Part shown: positions 63,963 through 64,000 of the stretch, in pieces
Numbering within the stretch: position 1 is the first letter of the stretch
How the letters are laid out: every line of letters begins with the position of its first letter
Source of the DNA: Acidimicrobiia bacterium
GTDB taxonomy: Bacteria > Actinomycetota > Acidimicrobiia > Spongiisociales > ZC4RG35
Length of the DNA stretch: 64,000 nt
NCBI GenBank assembly: GCA_036380875.1
Contig: DASVDX010000022.1
Span: 15,753-79,752 of the forward strand
Direction of reading: 5' to 3'
Notes under the pieces: model-generated
What the model was told of the DNA's origin: nothing
What the model saw: the letters and a program-made list of their open reading frames with translations, nothing else
Database searches by the model: none
Translations under genes and position numbers: made by a program

Positions 63963-64000
63963 CCCGGGTTCATCCGTAGAGGACCACGACAGCCAGCGGG

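Noticed and set aside
1-64000. tRNA, rRNA, CRISPR arrays, transposases/integrases, phage genes and toxin-antitoxin pairs
   Set aside because: I found no low-GC 70-90 nt cloverleaf-like stretches, no repeat-spacer arrays, and no ORFs with transposase, integrase or defence-system motifs. Gene density and operon structure are those of core/accessory metabolism.

Overview
This is a high-GC (about 68-70%), gene-dense chromosomal window that looks actinobacterial; that inference rests on F420-type PPOX and LLM enzymes, cyclase-linked LAL regulator architecture and lipoprotein substrate-binding proteins with T/A/P-rich linkers. I found no rRNA, tRNA, CRISPR array or mobile element. Genes are almost all in translationally coupled operons (4-bp ATGA/GTGA overlaps).

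Left to right the window holds:
- the N-terminus of a LuxR-type large ATPase (LAL) regulator running off the left edge, then three class III nucleotidyl cyclases with different sensor modules (cupin, polytopic membrane, YHS/TRASH metal-binding);
- a 7-kb operon at 4371-11379: a two-subunit PEP-synthase-like dikinase (large subunit with the swivel phospho-His domain, then an ATP-grasp PPDK_N subunit) with a GntR regulator gene translationally coupled between the two halves, followed directly by a three-subunit xanthine-dehydrogenase-family molybdenum hydroxylase;
- a convergent operon of SDR, MBL hydrolase and PHP phosphatase whose promoter carries the same AT-rich palindrome (TCGATtATCGA) as the dikinase operon promoter;
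- a CUT2 sugar ABC transporter, an LLM oxidoreductase with a NitT/TauT ABC system, and an odd SDR/crotonase/AroE-like/Alr-like/TIM-barrel operon;
- three paralogous Liv-type (branched-chain/amide) ABC systems, three LacI-family regulators, a GabD-like semialdehyde dehydrogenase/HIBADH/RidA cluster, a divergent pair of PanE-family reductase paralogs, an amidohydrolase/bicupin/Zn-ADH cluster, MarR-DoxX, F420-type PPOX with an amidohydrolase, an M24 peptidase, and 2-oxoacid dehydrogenase E1 alpha/beta at the right edge.

A 14-bp LacI-type palindrome (TGCAAnCGnTTGCA-like) recurs in at least 14 intergenic regions, suggesting one large LacI-family regulon.

Coordinates of short motifs were read by eye and may be off by 1-2 nt; CDS coordinates come from ORF-track arithmetic.
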